Shown piece by piece: positions 1 to 9,586 of a stretch of 64,000 nt of DNA; the stretch's first letter is position 1, and each line of letters begins with the position of its first letter. The stretch comes from Candidatus Methanoculleus thermohydrogenotrophicum (lineage in GTDB: Archaea > Halobacteriota > Methanomicrobia > Methanomicrobiales > Methanoculleaceae), in assembly GCA_001512375.1 (NCBI GenBank), contig LFRN01000139.1, forward strand, positions 4 through 64,003, written 5' to 3'. The notes under the pieces are model-generated. The model was not told the DNA's origin and did no database searches. It worked only from the letters and a program-made list of their open reading frames with translations. A program made the translations under genes and the position numbers.

Positions 1-23
1 ATAGCCTGCCCGAGGTCGAGCAA

Positions 24-716
24 ATGAGAAGATCGATAAGATTGCTGGCAGGCTGTTTGCTGGTGGCGTTGCTTGCGTGTCAGGTCTCCGCCATGGCCCC
101 GCCCGCCTGGGTGCAGCCCGGAACGACGGTGACATATCAGGCCGCATTAACCCCATACTACGGTATCGATCCCGACGATCCGATGGAGCGGTGGGTGCAT
201 TACGAGGGGACTGGAGTATACGGCTTCCTGACCGATACGATCACCGGCGGGGATGCCGCGGGCGGCTATTCCGGAGACTCGGTGGTGATCAGCGGTATTG
301 ACGGAAGCATCCTGTATACGGGCACATGGTCGTATCAACCGGGAGACCCGGGCATGGGGCTGATACCGTTCTGGGTTGACCTTGAGAATCCCGCCTTCGG
401 CCAGGATTTCCTGGTCGCCGAAGGTCCGCTGGAACTTGCAGGCCAGGTCTGGAATGCGCAGGTGTACTACTATGCAAACCTCGGGACCAGCTTCGATATC
501 CGGTACGTCGTCGATAAAGACAGCGGTCTCGTTTTAATCAAGAACGCTGGGTTGACCGGCGCCAACAACCAGATGCAGAGGGAGATCTACATCCTGCAGT
601 CGGTCGAGACCGGCTATCCAGGAAGTGGTATGCCGGAGAACGCTACCCCGTCTGCTCACGAAGCGGTCGGGAGCATCCGGGGAGCAGGGGATACCTGGCG
701 GTCGAGGATGTCCTGA
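24..716 (+). CDS. Hypothetical secreted protein
   Basis: 230-aa ORF with an N-terminal signal peptide (MRRSIRLLAGCLLVALLACQVSA) and a Gly/Tyr-rich beta-like body; no family recognised. Confidence 0.6.
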   Translation: MRRSIRLLAGCLLVALLACQVSAMAPPAWVQPGTTVTYQAALTPYYGIDPDDPMERWVHYEGTGVYGFLTDTITGGDAAGGYSGDSVVISGIDGSILYTGTWSYQPGDPGMGLIPFWVDLENPAFGQDFLVAEGPLELAGQVWNAQVYYYANLGTSFDIRYVVDKDSGLVLIKNAGLTGANNQMQREIYILQSVETGYPGSGMPENATPSAHEAVGSIRGAGDTWRSRMS

Positions 717-864
717 GACTGTTCTGGAACTCCTCCTGCCGGGCCGGGGGACACCCTCTCCCCCCGGCGCGATGCTCGCCACGGTCGCCTGCCCGGGGTG
801 AGACGGGGAAAGGAAGGTTGGGTCTATCCTGCAACCACCTACGATCAGGGAAATTGTTTTCATC

Positions 865-1150
865 TGTGGAGCCTGAGAGGCAGCCTCATGCGGTTTCGTG
901 AGAAAAGAGAGAATTGTCTGATTTCTATAAAAACGTCTATGAGGCCGCGTTCGGCCACAGGCTCAACTGATGAAAATACTTTTCTCGCAGTAGTTCGAGC
1001 AGAAGTGTGGGTGGAGGAGGTTGAGGACATTTTAGGATCTAAATCCTGTGATGAAAACTAACGCATTTTGCCATTGAAGGCCATACTGTGTCTTGAACAC
1101 GGATGTGAAATTGACCTTCGAGGCAATCCCTCTGTCCACATTCACGTGTG
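865..1150 (+). ncRNA. Structured IS110 non-coding end, candidate bridge RNA
   Basis: Nested stems GAGCCTG 869-875/CAGGCTC 958-964 and GCCTCAT 883-889/ATGAGGC 939-945, plus further hairpins, directly upstream of the IS110 ATG. Confidence 0.45.
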
Positions 1151-1470
1151 ATGACGTATGCGAGGAAAAAAACCTGTGGGTTGGATCTCCACAAGAAGTT
1201 TATCGTCGCTACCGTAGTCGATCAGGACGGTACCACGGCAGAAGAGCGGTTCATCCGGACGCAAGATGATCTTCTCCTCCTGAAAGACTGGGTTCTCTAC
1301 CACGGTTGTGGCCTGTGAATCCACCAGTGATTACTGGATACAGGTCTACGATCTGTTTGCAGACCAGATCCCGGTGATCGTCGGGAACGCCCCGGACATC
1401 AAAGCGATCTCGCACAAGAAGACGGACAATCGATGCCGCCTGGATCGCCATCTTCCATTCGACGACCGGG
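1151..1470 (+). pseudogene. IS110-family (DEDD) recombinase/transposase, N-terminal fragment, frameshifted and truncated
   Basis: ATG 1151 reads MTYARKKTCGLDLHKKFIVATVVD (GxDxHK motif). After a frameshift it continues VACESTSDYW...IKAISHKKTD then IDAAWIA, the typical IS110 D-E-D-D core. The C-terminal domain is absent. Confidence 0.8.
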
Positions 1471-1772
1471 TTCTTACCGTGACGACCTCCCGCCGTGCCA
1501 GGCAGGAGATGGCCAGATAAACGTTCTCGTTACGGAAATTGCATCGATATTCAAAGACGCCCGGTCACAAAGATCATCGCGGTTAACCTACTTCTGGCAG
1601 GGGCGACAATCGCAGCGGGGGTTTCTGAAAAGGCAAAAATCCTGAGGCAGGCTTTGAGTGGTGAGAGAGGGCGGGGGCTACATCTATGATACGGCGGATA
1701 TCGAGGCAGTGTTTGGGTGGTGGCCGGGAACAAACCGGAACCCTCTTCCTGGAAGACGGCCCGAGGATCATC

Positions 1773-2708
1773 ATGGAACTGATCGACCGGTATCGCGGTT
1801 GCCTGCTCGGACTGGCCACCGGCGATGCCCTTGGGGTACCGCTCGAGTTCAAGGCGCCCGGGACGTTTGAGCCCATCACCGGGATGCTCGGCGGCGGATC
1901 CCATAACCTCAAACCGGGAGAGTGGACTGATGACACGTCGCTTGCTCTCTGCCTCGCCGAGAGCCTGATCGAGAAGAGGGGGTTTGACCCTATTGACCAG
2001 CTGGAACGCTACTCCCGCTGGTTCACGGAGGGGTACCTCTCATGCACCGGGACCTGTTTTGATATCGGGATGACGACGCGAAAGGCGCTCCAGCGTTTCA
2101 TGCTCACCCGGGAACCCTTCCCCGGGCTGACAGACGAGAGATCAGCGGGCAACGGCTCCCTGATGCGCCTCGCCCCGGTGCCCATGTTCTACGCCGCCGA
2201 CCCTCTCCGCGCCATCGAGTTATCAGGGGAGAGTTCGCGGACCACGCACAAACTGCCGGTAGTCGTCGATGCCTGCAGGTACTTCGGGGGGCTCATCCTC
2301 GGCGCTCTTACCGGCACACCGAAGGAGGTCCTGCTTTCGGAGAGATACGCCCCGATCCCTGGATACTGGGAGGAACACCCGCTCGTCGACGAGATCGACA
2401 GGGTCGCGGCGGGGTCCTACCTGCACAGGGAGCCCCCCGAGATCAGGGGGCGGGGGTACGTCGTGGCCTCGCTTGAGGCGGCGCTCTGGGCGTTTTCCCG
2501 GAGCAGCACATTCGAGGAAGGATGCCTCATGGCAGTGAACCTCGGTGAGGATGCCGATACCACCGGGGCCATCTACGGACAGCTCGCCGGGGCCTACTAC
2601 GGCGTGGCAGGGATCCCGGAGGAGTGGCTGGCATGCCTTGCGCAGCGGGATCTGATTGAATCGTATGCTGATGGGTTGCTGCACCACGGGGTGGCCCGGG
2701 GGCGTTGA
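1773..2708 (+). CDS. ADP-ribosylglycohydrolase (DraG/ARH family)
   Basis: Motifs [27 protein letters not shown] and [17 protein letters not shown]; start placed at MELIDRY. Confidence 0.93.
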   Translation: MELIDRYRGCLLGLATGDALGVPLEFKAPGTFEPITGMLGGGSHNLKPGEWTDDTSLALCLAESLIEKRGFDPIDQLERYSRWFTEGYLSCTGTCFDIGMTTRKALQRFMLTREPFPGLTDERSAGNGSLMRLAPVPMFYAADPLRAIELSGESSRTTHKLPVVVDACRYFGGLILGALTGTPKEVLLSERYAPIPGYWEEHPLVDEIDRVAAGSYLHREPPEIRGRGYVVASLEAALWAFSRSSTFEEGCLMAVNLGEDADTTGAIYGQLAGAYYGVAGIPEEWLACLAQRDLIESYADGLLHHGVARGR

Positions 2709-3020
2709 GGTGTTCCCCGGATGAGCGCCAGGTTGAGAGTCCCGGTGCATGGGCGGTGTCCAGGCGAACCTGGATGATTTATAACCTGACTTCGCGTGAG
2801 GTACTGGCGCTTCTATCTCACGCATCAGAATTCACAAATTCAGGATCAAACGGCGCTAATCCCCGCCATTTCAACGGCGGGATACAGCCTCCACTGGTAC
2901 TACCATTATAGGCCTGTTCTTGCCTACAATATTGTTCATCGAAACCGGCCGCAGTTTCTGATTTTGATACGACTTCTACAAGAACCGGGGCGGGGTGTGA
3001 AAAGAGGGTTATTTCTGGCG

Positions 3021-4100
3021 TTATCCAAGCTCGTCCCAGCGGGTCTTCTTCCGGTAGACCATTATCCCTACGATGGCGACAAGGATGACGACAATCCCGA
3101 TACCCACATAGAGGAGGCTACCGAGGCTGAACCCCTCGCCGATCTCATTCCGTAGTGCCTCCGCATCGGCCAGTGCTTCGTTTGCCTTGTTCAGACCTTC
3201 GGTCGCCTTTGAACGCGCCAACGGGTAGTTCTTAGCATTCAGGGCGTCCTTTGCCTGGGAGTAGAACTGGACAGCGCTCTCGCGCTTGGTCACGATAGAG
3301 ACTACCCGTGGGTCGCTGCGCATGGAACGGTCCTCGATGAAGTAGGTTATCATGCCGTCGAGCGACTCAAGCGCCGCACCGGTATCAGCAACCTCCTTCT
3401 CGGCCCATGCCTTATCCAGGAGCGCCCTCGCCTCATCTATATTCTTTGCAGCGGTGGCGATATGTTCTGCCGCCTTCGAGGGACCTGCTGATGCAGCACT
3501 GGTGAGCGCCTTGCTGGCGGCATCGTACTTAGCCTGCGCGGCAGAGACATCCACGCCTTCTGCAGCCCTGGCATCGATATCAGCCTTCAGGTCCTTGAGA
3601 TGCTGCTGCTGGACAGAGAGAGAGCCCGCTACCTGCTCCGCGCTCACGACCTTGCGGGTCATGCGGTAGTCATCCACAACGTTCTTGTTCCTGATATGCT
3701 CAAGTTTGATCACCTCCACCTCCCCCGACGAGGATTTGGGCACCGTACCGCTGAGCTGGACGTCCAGTTCAACCCTGTCCTTGTAAGCGAGTTCAAACGC
3801 CCCCAATTTTGGGTAGAATCCGGCCTTCTCGGTGGTATAGATGGGAATCCCATCACGGTAGACGGCGAACGACCATGAGGGGTCCTGCAACCCGGTGCTG
3901 AACTCAAACGCTTCATCATCCGGACCGCTGACATCCATGCTGTAGGAGATCACAAAATGCGCGGTCACGCGCTGGCCCGGCTCGAGGTCGCCGCTTGGGG
4001 GGTTGACGGTCGCTGTCGTGACATCGAACGCCGCTGCCGCCTGTGCAACACAGACCAGTGCCAGCAGGAGAATGATCCATCTGCTGATGTTTGCCTTCAT
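3021..4100 (-). CDS. Membrane-anchored secreted protein (signal peptide, beta domain, helical/coiled-coil region, C-terminal TM helix, short tail)
   Basis: Hydrophobic N-terminus, Ala/Lys-rich helical region, C-terminal LLYVGIGIVVILVAIVGIMVY followed by RKKTRWDELG; begins 10 nt downstream of cetZ. Confidence 0.8.
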   Translation of the reverse strand: MKANISRWIILLLALVCVAQAAAAFDVTTATVNPPSGDLEPGQRVTAHFVISYSMDVSGPDDEAFEFSTGLQDPSWSFAVYRDGIPIYTTEKAGFYPKLGAFELAYKDRVELDVQLSGTVPKSSSGEVEVIKLEHIRNKNVVDDYRMTRKVVSAEQVAGSLSVQQQHLKDLKADIDARAAEGVDVSAAQAKYDAASKALTSAASAGPSKAAEHIATAAKNIDEARALLDKAWAEKEVADTGAALESLDGMITYFIEDRSMRSDPRVVSIVTKRESAVQFYSQAKDALNAKNYPLARSKATEGLNKANEALADAEALRNEIGEGFSLGSLLYVGIGIVVILVAIVGIMVYRKKTRWDELG

Positions 4101-4110
4101 AAACGCCTCC

Positions 4111-5280
4111 TTACTCGAATAATGGCTCTATACCGTCATCAAACATGGTAGTACGCTTCTCTTTGGATTTCAAGACATCCTCTTTTGTGGACTTTGCAAC
4201 CTCCATGAGTTCTGTGATCCGGGGGGCGTTTCCGATCGTCGCAAGGACCACCACGGCAGCAACATAATCGCTATCCACCGGATAATCCCCGCCCCGCACC
4301 TCGACACCGGCGATATTCTCCTCCACCCAGCTCTTCGCCTTCTCCACACCCTTCCGGTCCATCTCATCGGGCGGGCCCGCAATGAGAACCAGCGCCCGCT
4401 CTGCAGTCGAGTAGTCGCACGGCAGAGTCAGACGCCCGAGCATGGCTCGCCTGACGAGAGCAATGATCTTTGCTGACTTATCCTCCCCGGTCAGCAACAC
4501 CTCCTCGGCTTTATCCTTCTTCCTGAACAGGCCTGAGAGGAGCCCCTGTGACTGCTTCACCCGCGGGCCGACCCTCTCGCTGATTGCGTATCCAACGGAG
4601 CTGATCCCGCCGCCACGCAGGGTATTGATAACCTCGCTTGAGTCCACGACCATCTCACCGACGCCTGCCTTGCTGACCTCGCCTGCACGGAAGAGCACAC
4701 CAAACCGACGGACGATCTCGTCATTCAACCGGGCGTAGGCGTCTTTGACGCTCTCGCCCTCATTCTTCCAGGCACTGTTATCAAAAATAAAGGTGTTGTC
4801 TGCCTCGTTCACCAGGGTGCTCAATGAGCGAGCCGCGTTATATGAGTAAAGCCGTCCCTCCTCGGGGGCGGGCAGGATCCCGATCGCGTAGACCGGTTCC
4901 CGGTATATACGCTTTAAGTGCCGGGCCAGGACCGGCGAACCTCCCGAACCTGTTCCGCCACCGAGACCGGCGACGATGACAAATGCATCGATATCATGCG
5001 TGCCCCTTGTGTCGATGGCGTTGATGATGGTATCGATCTCATCGGCGGTCACCCGCGCCCCGGTTACATTATCGGTCCCGACACCATGACCCTTAACTAC
5101 CGTCTGTCCTATCAGGAGCCGATCTTTCATCTCGATATGCTCAAGCCCCATCAGGTCGGTGCGGGCCGTGTTTACCGCAATCCCCCTGAAGTTCTGGGTC
5201 TGTAATCGTCTATCCTGCTCTATAAACATATCGACGACTTTTCCCCCGGCCTGACCGAATCCTATGAAGAAGACCCTCAT
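4111..5280 (-). CDS. cetZ: Tubulin/FtsZ-superfamily GTPase, CetZ type
   Basis: IGFGQAGGK N-terminus, GLGGGTGSG tubulin signature, FDN motif and VVDSSEVINTL typical of archaeal CetZ. Confidence 0.88.
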   Translation of the reverse strand: MRVFFIGFGQAGGKVVDMFIEQDRRLQTQNFRGIAVNTARTDLMGLEHIEMKDRLLIGQTVVKGHGVGTDNVTGARVTADEIDTIINAIDTRGTHDIDAFVIVAGLGGGTGSGGSPVLARHLKRIYREPVYAIGILPAPEEGRLYSYNAARSLSTLVNEADNTFIFDNSAWKNEGESVKDAYARLNDEIVRRFGVLFRAGEVSKAGVGEMVVDSSEVINTLRGGGISSVGYAISERVGPRVKQSQGLLSGLFRKKDKAEEVLLTGEDKSAKIIALVRRAMLGRLTLPCDYSTAERALVLIAGPPDEMDRKGVEKAKSWVEENIAGVEVRGGDYPVDSDYVAAVVVLATIGNAPRITELMEVAKSTKEDVLKSKEKRTTMFDDGIEPLFE

Positions 5281-5389
5281 TCAGTTTCACACCCTCATCG
5301 TAAGTAATCAGTAATATCGACGTTTATGTATAAAGAGATTGTATACCATATTAATCCAAAAACGTTCTTATAATTTTCACACGTTGTGA

Positions 5390-5607
5390 TCAGCTTGTGA
5401 ACGGCTAAGCGAGACCAAACAGTAGACCAGGAGGCGATCGATCAATTGCAGCAGCGTTTCGGGCTACCAGAACGGATGGGTGCTTCCCTGGCCTGTCCCT
5501 CTTCCGGGCACGCCAAAACCCGACGTGCTCTCTGGAGCACTAAGCCCATCCCGCAACTCCGAAGGGAAATGTAACCCCGGTTCGACCGGGAGGGAGTAAT
5601 ACCTGCC
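5390..5607 (+). ncRNA. Omega-RNA (HEARO-like) scaffold of the IsrB element; boundaries approximate
   Basis: About 220-nt non-coding segment directly upstream of isrB with TAGACCAG, GGGTGCTTCCC and hairpins such as GTGCTC-tctg-GAGCAC and CCCGGT-tcg-ACCGGG. Confidence 0.7.
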
Positions 5608-6675
5608 ATGCGTGTACCTGTCTTAGACACCAATCGAAGACCGTTGACGCCGACGACCCCGGCACGTGCCCGTCTCCTCCTCAAGCAGGGGAAGGCAAAA
5701 CCGTACTGGAACAAACCCGGTATCTTCTGTATCATCCTGACCTACGCGGTTGAACCCGACAACCAACCGCTGGTCGTCGGGCTCGACCCCGACAGTTCGT
5801 TTGAGGGCTGGTCGGTGGTCGGGACCAGAGAGACTGTCGCAAACGGCATGTTGGAGGCTCCAAAACACGTCAAGAAAGCAATCGAAACCCGAAGAACGCT
5901 GCGTCGCGCCCGTCGTCACCGGAAGTGCTGGCGTCGTCCTGCCCGGTTCGACAACCGGCTCAGCGGCCGGCGGCTCCTGCCACCGAGCACGTTTGCCCGG
6001 TGGAACACCAGGATCCGAATTCTGGACCAGCTCCAGACGATCCTGCCGATCACCGATGTGGTTGTAGAGGATGTTTTTGCGGTGGCAAAGAAGAATTGTC
6101 GGCGGTGGAACGAAAACTTCTCACCGTTGGAGGTCGAGAAACAATGGTTTTATCAAGCGATCAGGGATCGCGGACTCGGTCTACACCTGCGTGCGGGGTA
6201 TGAGAGAAAAGAACTCCGGGAGCGGTTTGGCCTGAAGAAGACTCAGCAGAAGAGTAAACCGGTGTTTGCTGCCCACGCGGTTGATGCGTGGGTAATAGCA
6301 GATGACGTCCCGGGTGCGGAGCGCCCGGCTAAACAGGGATTGTACTACTGGACACCGATCCGGTTTTTCCGGCGGCAGTTGCACCGGTTGCAGCCTGCAA
6401 AGGGCGGTATCCGGAAACCCTACGGGGGTACTCGCTCTCCCGGGTTCACCCGGGGAACGCTGGTTCGGCACGTCAAGCATGAATTGACGTACATTGGAGG
6501 CACCCTGAAAGGAAAGATGTCGCTACCTAACGCTGTCACCGGAGGATGGGTGACCCAGACCGCAAAGGTGGAGGATTGTATGATCCTGACCAGAATCGCA
6601 CGGAGAACAGAATGGTATGCCGGGATGGGCAGACGGCATTCCTCCCAGGCCTTCAGGCCGGGATCTCCTGCCTGA
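5608..6675 (+). CDS. isrB: IsrB (IS200/IS605 OMEGA nickase: PLMP domain, split RuvC, bridge helix, no HNH)
   Basis: 355 aa; PLTP (PLMP-like) and ARARLLLKQGKA, RuvC-I VGLDP, Arg-rich RRTLRRARRHRK, RuvC-II VVEDV, RuvC-III HAVDA; no HNH or CxxC insert; IS605-type end hairpin at 6641-6672. Confidence 0.88.
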   Translation: MRVPVLDTNRRPLTPTTPARARLLLKQGKAKPYWNKPGIFCIILTYAVEPDNQPLVVGLDPDSSFEGWSVVGTRETVANGMLEAPKHVKKAIETRRTLRRARRHRKCWRRPARFDNRLSGRRLLPPSTFARWNTRIRILDQLQTILPITDVVVEDVFAVAKKNCRRWNENFSPLEVEKQWFYQAIRDRGLGLHLRAGYERKELRERFGLKKTQQKSKPVFAAHAVDAWVIADDVPGAERPAKQGLYYWTPIRFFRRQLHRLQPAKGGIRKPYGGTRSPGFTRGTLVRHVKHELTYIGGTLKGKMSLPNAVTGGWVTQTAKVEDCMILTRIARRTEWYAGMGRRHSSQAFRPGSPA

Positions 6676-6680
6676 AAAAG

Positions 6681-7913
6681 ATGAAGATCTGCGTTGTGGG
6701 GGGAGGTCTCTCCGGTCTGGTCTCGGCTCTCAACCTTGCCGGTACACACCAGGTAGACCTCTTCGAGCGAAGGCCCATCGCGGGCGGTTGCCTTGGTTCG
6801 TACCGGATCGGCGACTACTGGATCGAAGAGTATTACCACCACTGCTTTGCCGGGGATGGCCGTCTGCTTGCCCTCCTCGAGACCCTGCAGGTGGCTGACC
6901 GGCTGGAATGGCTCCTGGGGTCCACCGGCTATTATGTCGACGGGATCATCCACCCGCTCACCACCCCCTTTGAGATCCTGCGTTACCCCCACCTTACGTT
7001 CACCGAGAAAGTGCGGCTAGGTCTGCTGACCCTGCGTTCCCGGCGGATCGACGTCTCGGCGCTCGATGAGGTCACCGCAGAAGATTACATCCTGGAAACC
7101 CTTGGTCCCGGCATCTACTCGTCGTTCTTCGAACCGCTCTTAAAGAGCAAGTTCGGGGACCGCAGGAACGAGGTCTCCGCGGCCTGGCTCATATCCAGGA
7201 TCGCGATCAGGTCTGACCGTGGTGCCGGGGGCGAGCGCCTGGGATACCTTCGGGGAGGGTTCCAGCACCTCATCGCCCGGCTCCAGGAAGAGGTCGAGAG
7301 GCTGGGCGCCTCAATCATGCTTGACTCCCCGGTCTGGGAGATCAGGCGGAAGGGCGGCGGCTGGCTCGTCAACGGAGAGGTCTACGACGCCGTCATATCA
7401 ACACTCCCCCCGCAGGTGACCGCGGACCTCGCTGGCGTGGATATCGCCCCGGTGCCCTACCAGGGTGCCGCCTGCATGACCCTCGCCCTCGACCGGGACG
7501 TCACCGACGGTATCTACTGGCTGAACATGAAGGACGCAGCACCCTACGGTGCGGTGGTCTCGCATACCAACTTCGCACCGCTTGCATGGTACGGTGAACA
7601 CCTCGTCTACCTTGCTTCCTACTTCTCAGGCCGGCTCCCTGAGGGCTTTGAGCAGACGATGCTTGCAGACTTCTGCAGGCGGTTCTCCCTCAGCGCAGAC
7701 GAGGTGCACTGGCACCGGCTCGCAGTCGAGCCCTATGCAGGCCCGGTCTACACGACTGGACTCCGGGACCGCCTGCCCGCCTACGAGGAGCACGGACTCT
7801 TCCTCGCCGGGATGTTCAGCCCCCCGAACTACCCGGAGCGGAGCATGAACGGGTCAGTCATCGCCGGGGAAGAGGTGGCAAAACGAGTCCTTGCGAGGTT
7901 TCCGGATGTGTGA
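6681..7913 (+). CDS. FAD-dependent oxidoreductase (protoporphyrinogen oxidase/amine oxidase-like)
   Basis: MKICVVGGGLSGL Rossmann motif, GG motif, EEYYHH, and C-terminal PERSMNGSV. Confidence 0.85.
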   Translation: MKICVVGGGLSGLVSALNLAGTHQVDLFERRPIAGGCLGSYRIGDYWIEEYYHHCFAGDGRLLALLETLQVADRLEWLLGSTGYYVDGIIHPLTTPFEILRYPHLTFTEKVRLGLLTLRSRRIDVSALDEVTAEDYILETLGPGIYSSFFEPLLKSKFGDRRNEVSAAWLISRIAIRSDRGAGGERLGYLRGGFQHLIARLQEEVERLGASIMLDSPVWEIRRKGGGWLVNGEVYDAVISTLPPQVTADLAGVDIAPVPYQGAACMTLALDRDVTDGIYWLNMKDAAPYGAVVSHTNFAPLAWYGEHLVYLASYFSGRLPEGFEQTMLADFCRRFSLSADEVHWHRLAVEPYAGPVYTTGLRDRLPAYEEHGLFLAGMFSPPNYPERSMNGSVIAGEEVAKRVLARFPDV

Positions 7914-8625
7914 GATCGAGGTGAGCGCGGTCCTCCCCGTTTACAACGACCGTGAAGCGCTCACTGCTGCCATACCGCGTTCGCTTGCAGCGCTGGAAGC
8001 GATCGCACCGGGGAGTTTTGAGTTGATCGTCGCCGAAGACGGGAGCACCGACGGGAGCACCGAGTTCGTCAGGGAGTATGAGACCAGAGATCCCCGCGTC
8101 CGCCTGATGCACAGCGACGAGCGGCTCGGACGGGGCCGGGCGCTGAACCGGGCGTTTACCGGGGCGGAGGGGTCTATCGTCTGCTACTACGACGTCGACC
8201 TCGCAACCGATATGCAACACCTCGGGCAGCTGGTCGGCGCCATCCGCGAGGGCTACGATATCGCGACGGGCTCCCGCCTCCTTCCTGAGAGTGATATCAC
8301 CCGGAGCGGCGGTCGGGAGATCGCAAGCCGCGGGTATAACATGCTCGTCAGGATGATCCTCAGGAGTTCGCTCCACGATCACCAGTGCGGGTTCAAGGCG
8401 TTTCGGCGCGACCGCCTCCTCGATCTGCTCCCGTCGGTCAGGGCAGACCACTGGTTCTGGGATACCGAGGTGCTGGTGCGGGCGCAGAAAAACGGTTACC
8501 GGATACGGGAGTTCCCGGTACGGTGGCGGCAGGGAGAGGGGACGACAGTGCGCCGAAGAGACGTCATCGAGATGGGATCGGCAGTAATACGCCTCTGGTG
8601 GGACCTCCATGTGGAAAAAGGTTAG
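7906..8625 (+). CDS. GT2 glycosyltransferase (dolichol-phosphate hexosyltransferase-like)
   Basis: VLPVYN, EDGSTDGS, DVD (DxD), DHQCGFK and WFWDTE motifs. Confidence 0.9.
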   Translation: MCEIEVSAVLPVYNDREALTAAIPRSLAALEAIAPGSFELIVAEDGSTDGSTEFVREYETRDPRVRLMHSDERLGRGRALNRAFTGAEGSIVCYYDVDLATDMQHLGQLVGAIREGYDIATGSRLLPESDITRSGGREIASRGYNMLVRMILRSSLHDHQCGFKAFRRDRLLDLLPSVRADHWFWDTEVLVRAQKNGYRIREFPVRWRQGEGTTVRRRDVIEMGSAVIRLWWDLHVEKG

Positions 8626-9586
8626 CGCGGTTGTCATCCCCACCCTGGCCGCGGTCGGGATCGTCGCTTACATGCTTTACCGCGTATGGGACGACCTCCT
8701 GCTGACGCTTGAACACGCCGTGCTGCCGTTCCTCTTTGCTGCCGTCGCGGTCTGTGTCGTTGCCTGGATCCTCAGAGGACTGCGGTACCGGTTCATCCTG
8801 GGAGGGCTTGGTATCCCAAAAAGCCTCACCTTCTCGACCGCTTGTATCTTCATATCCCAGACAGCAAACCTCATCGTTCCCGCGCGGCTCGGCGACCTCG
8901 TCCGGATGCTCATCCTCAAACGCGGTGACGACGCCACCTACTCGCAGGGGTTCTCATCCATCGTCGTCGAGCGGATCTTTGATGTCATGATGGTCGCGTT
9001 GCTCGGCGTCATCGCGCTCCCGTTCGTTCTGGCGGTCCTTGCCGTCCCGGACTGGTTTACCACCCTCATCATCGTCCCGCTCGCCGCAGGAGGCGCCTTC
9101 TTTGGGGTCCTCCTCTGGTCAGGCAGGATCAGGTCAGAGAACCGGATCATCATTGCCATCGGGAGGATGCTTGATGAGGTGAAGCAGGCCTCCCTCAACC
9201 GCCGGGCCCTCGTTGTGCTCAGCGGGTCGTCGCTCCTCATATGGGTCGTCGATATCCTGGTCTGCTTCGCGGTCGTCCTGATGTTCCGGGAGCCGGTCCC
9301 GTTTGGCATCGTCGTCCTCGGGATCGTCATCGGCAACCTCGTGAAAGCAGTCCCGGTCACGCCGGGTGGCGTGGGGACCTACGAACTCGCGCTCGCGCTG
9401 ACCTTCGGGATTGCCGGCGTTTCGGCGGCCACGGCGACGCTGATCGCGGTCATCGACCACCTGATCAAGAATATGGTCACGGTTGTCGGGGGTGTCGGGT
9501 CGATCTACTACTTCGGCGACTGGTCACGAGACCTCTTAAAGAAGGTCTTGAGGGAGGAGATCAAGGAGGAGACGTCTGGTGGGTGA
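8609..9586 (+). CDS. Lysylphosphatidylglycerol-synthase TM/UPF0104 family flippase-like membrane protein
   Basis: Multiple TM helices with PARLGD, ERIFD and TPGGVGTYE motifs. Confidence 0.85.
   Translation: MWKKVSAVVIPTLAAVGIVAYMLYRVWDDLLLTLEHAVLPFLFAAVAVCVVAWILRGLRYRFILGGLGIPKSLTFSTACIFISQTANLIVPARLGDLVRMLILKRGDDATYSQGFSSIVVERIFDVMMVALLGVIALPFVLAVLAVPDWFTTLIIVPLAAGGAFFGVLLWSGRIRSENRIIIAIGRMLDEVKQASLNRRALVVLSGSSLLIWVVDILVCFAVVLMFREPVPFGIVVLGIVIGNLVKAVPVTPGGVGTYELALALTFGIAGVSAATATLIAVIDHLIKNMVTVVGGVGSIYYFGDWSRDLLKKVLREEIKEETSGG

Noticed and set aside
1773-2708. ADP-ribosylglycohydrolase as a partner of the SIR2 system
   Set aside because: It lies 56 kb away with no shared context; no evidence of a link.
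6546-6680. N-terminal extension of the oxidoreductase overlapping isrB
   Set aside because: The Rossmann motif starts at ATG 6681; the extension is IS-derived open frame.
8038-8061. 12-nt tandem repeat GACGGGAGCACC
   Set aside because: It encodes the normal GT2 DGSTDGS motif.
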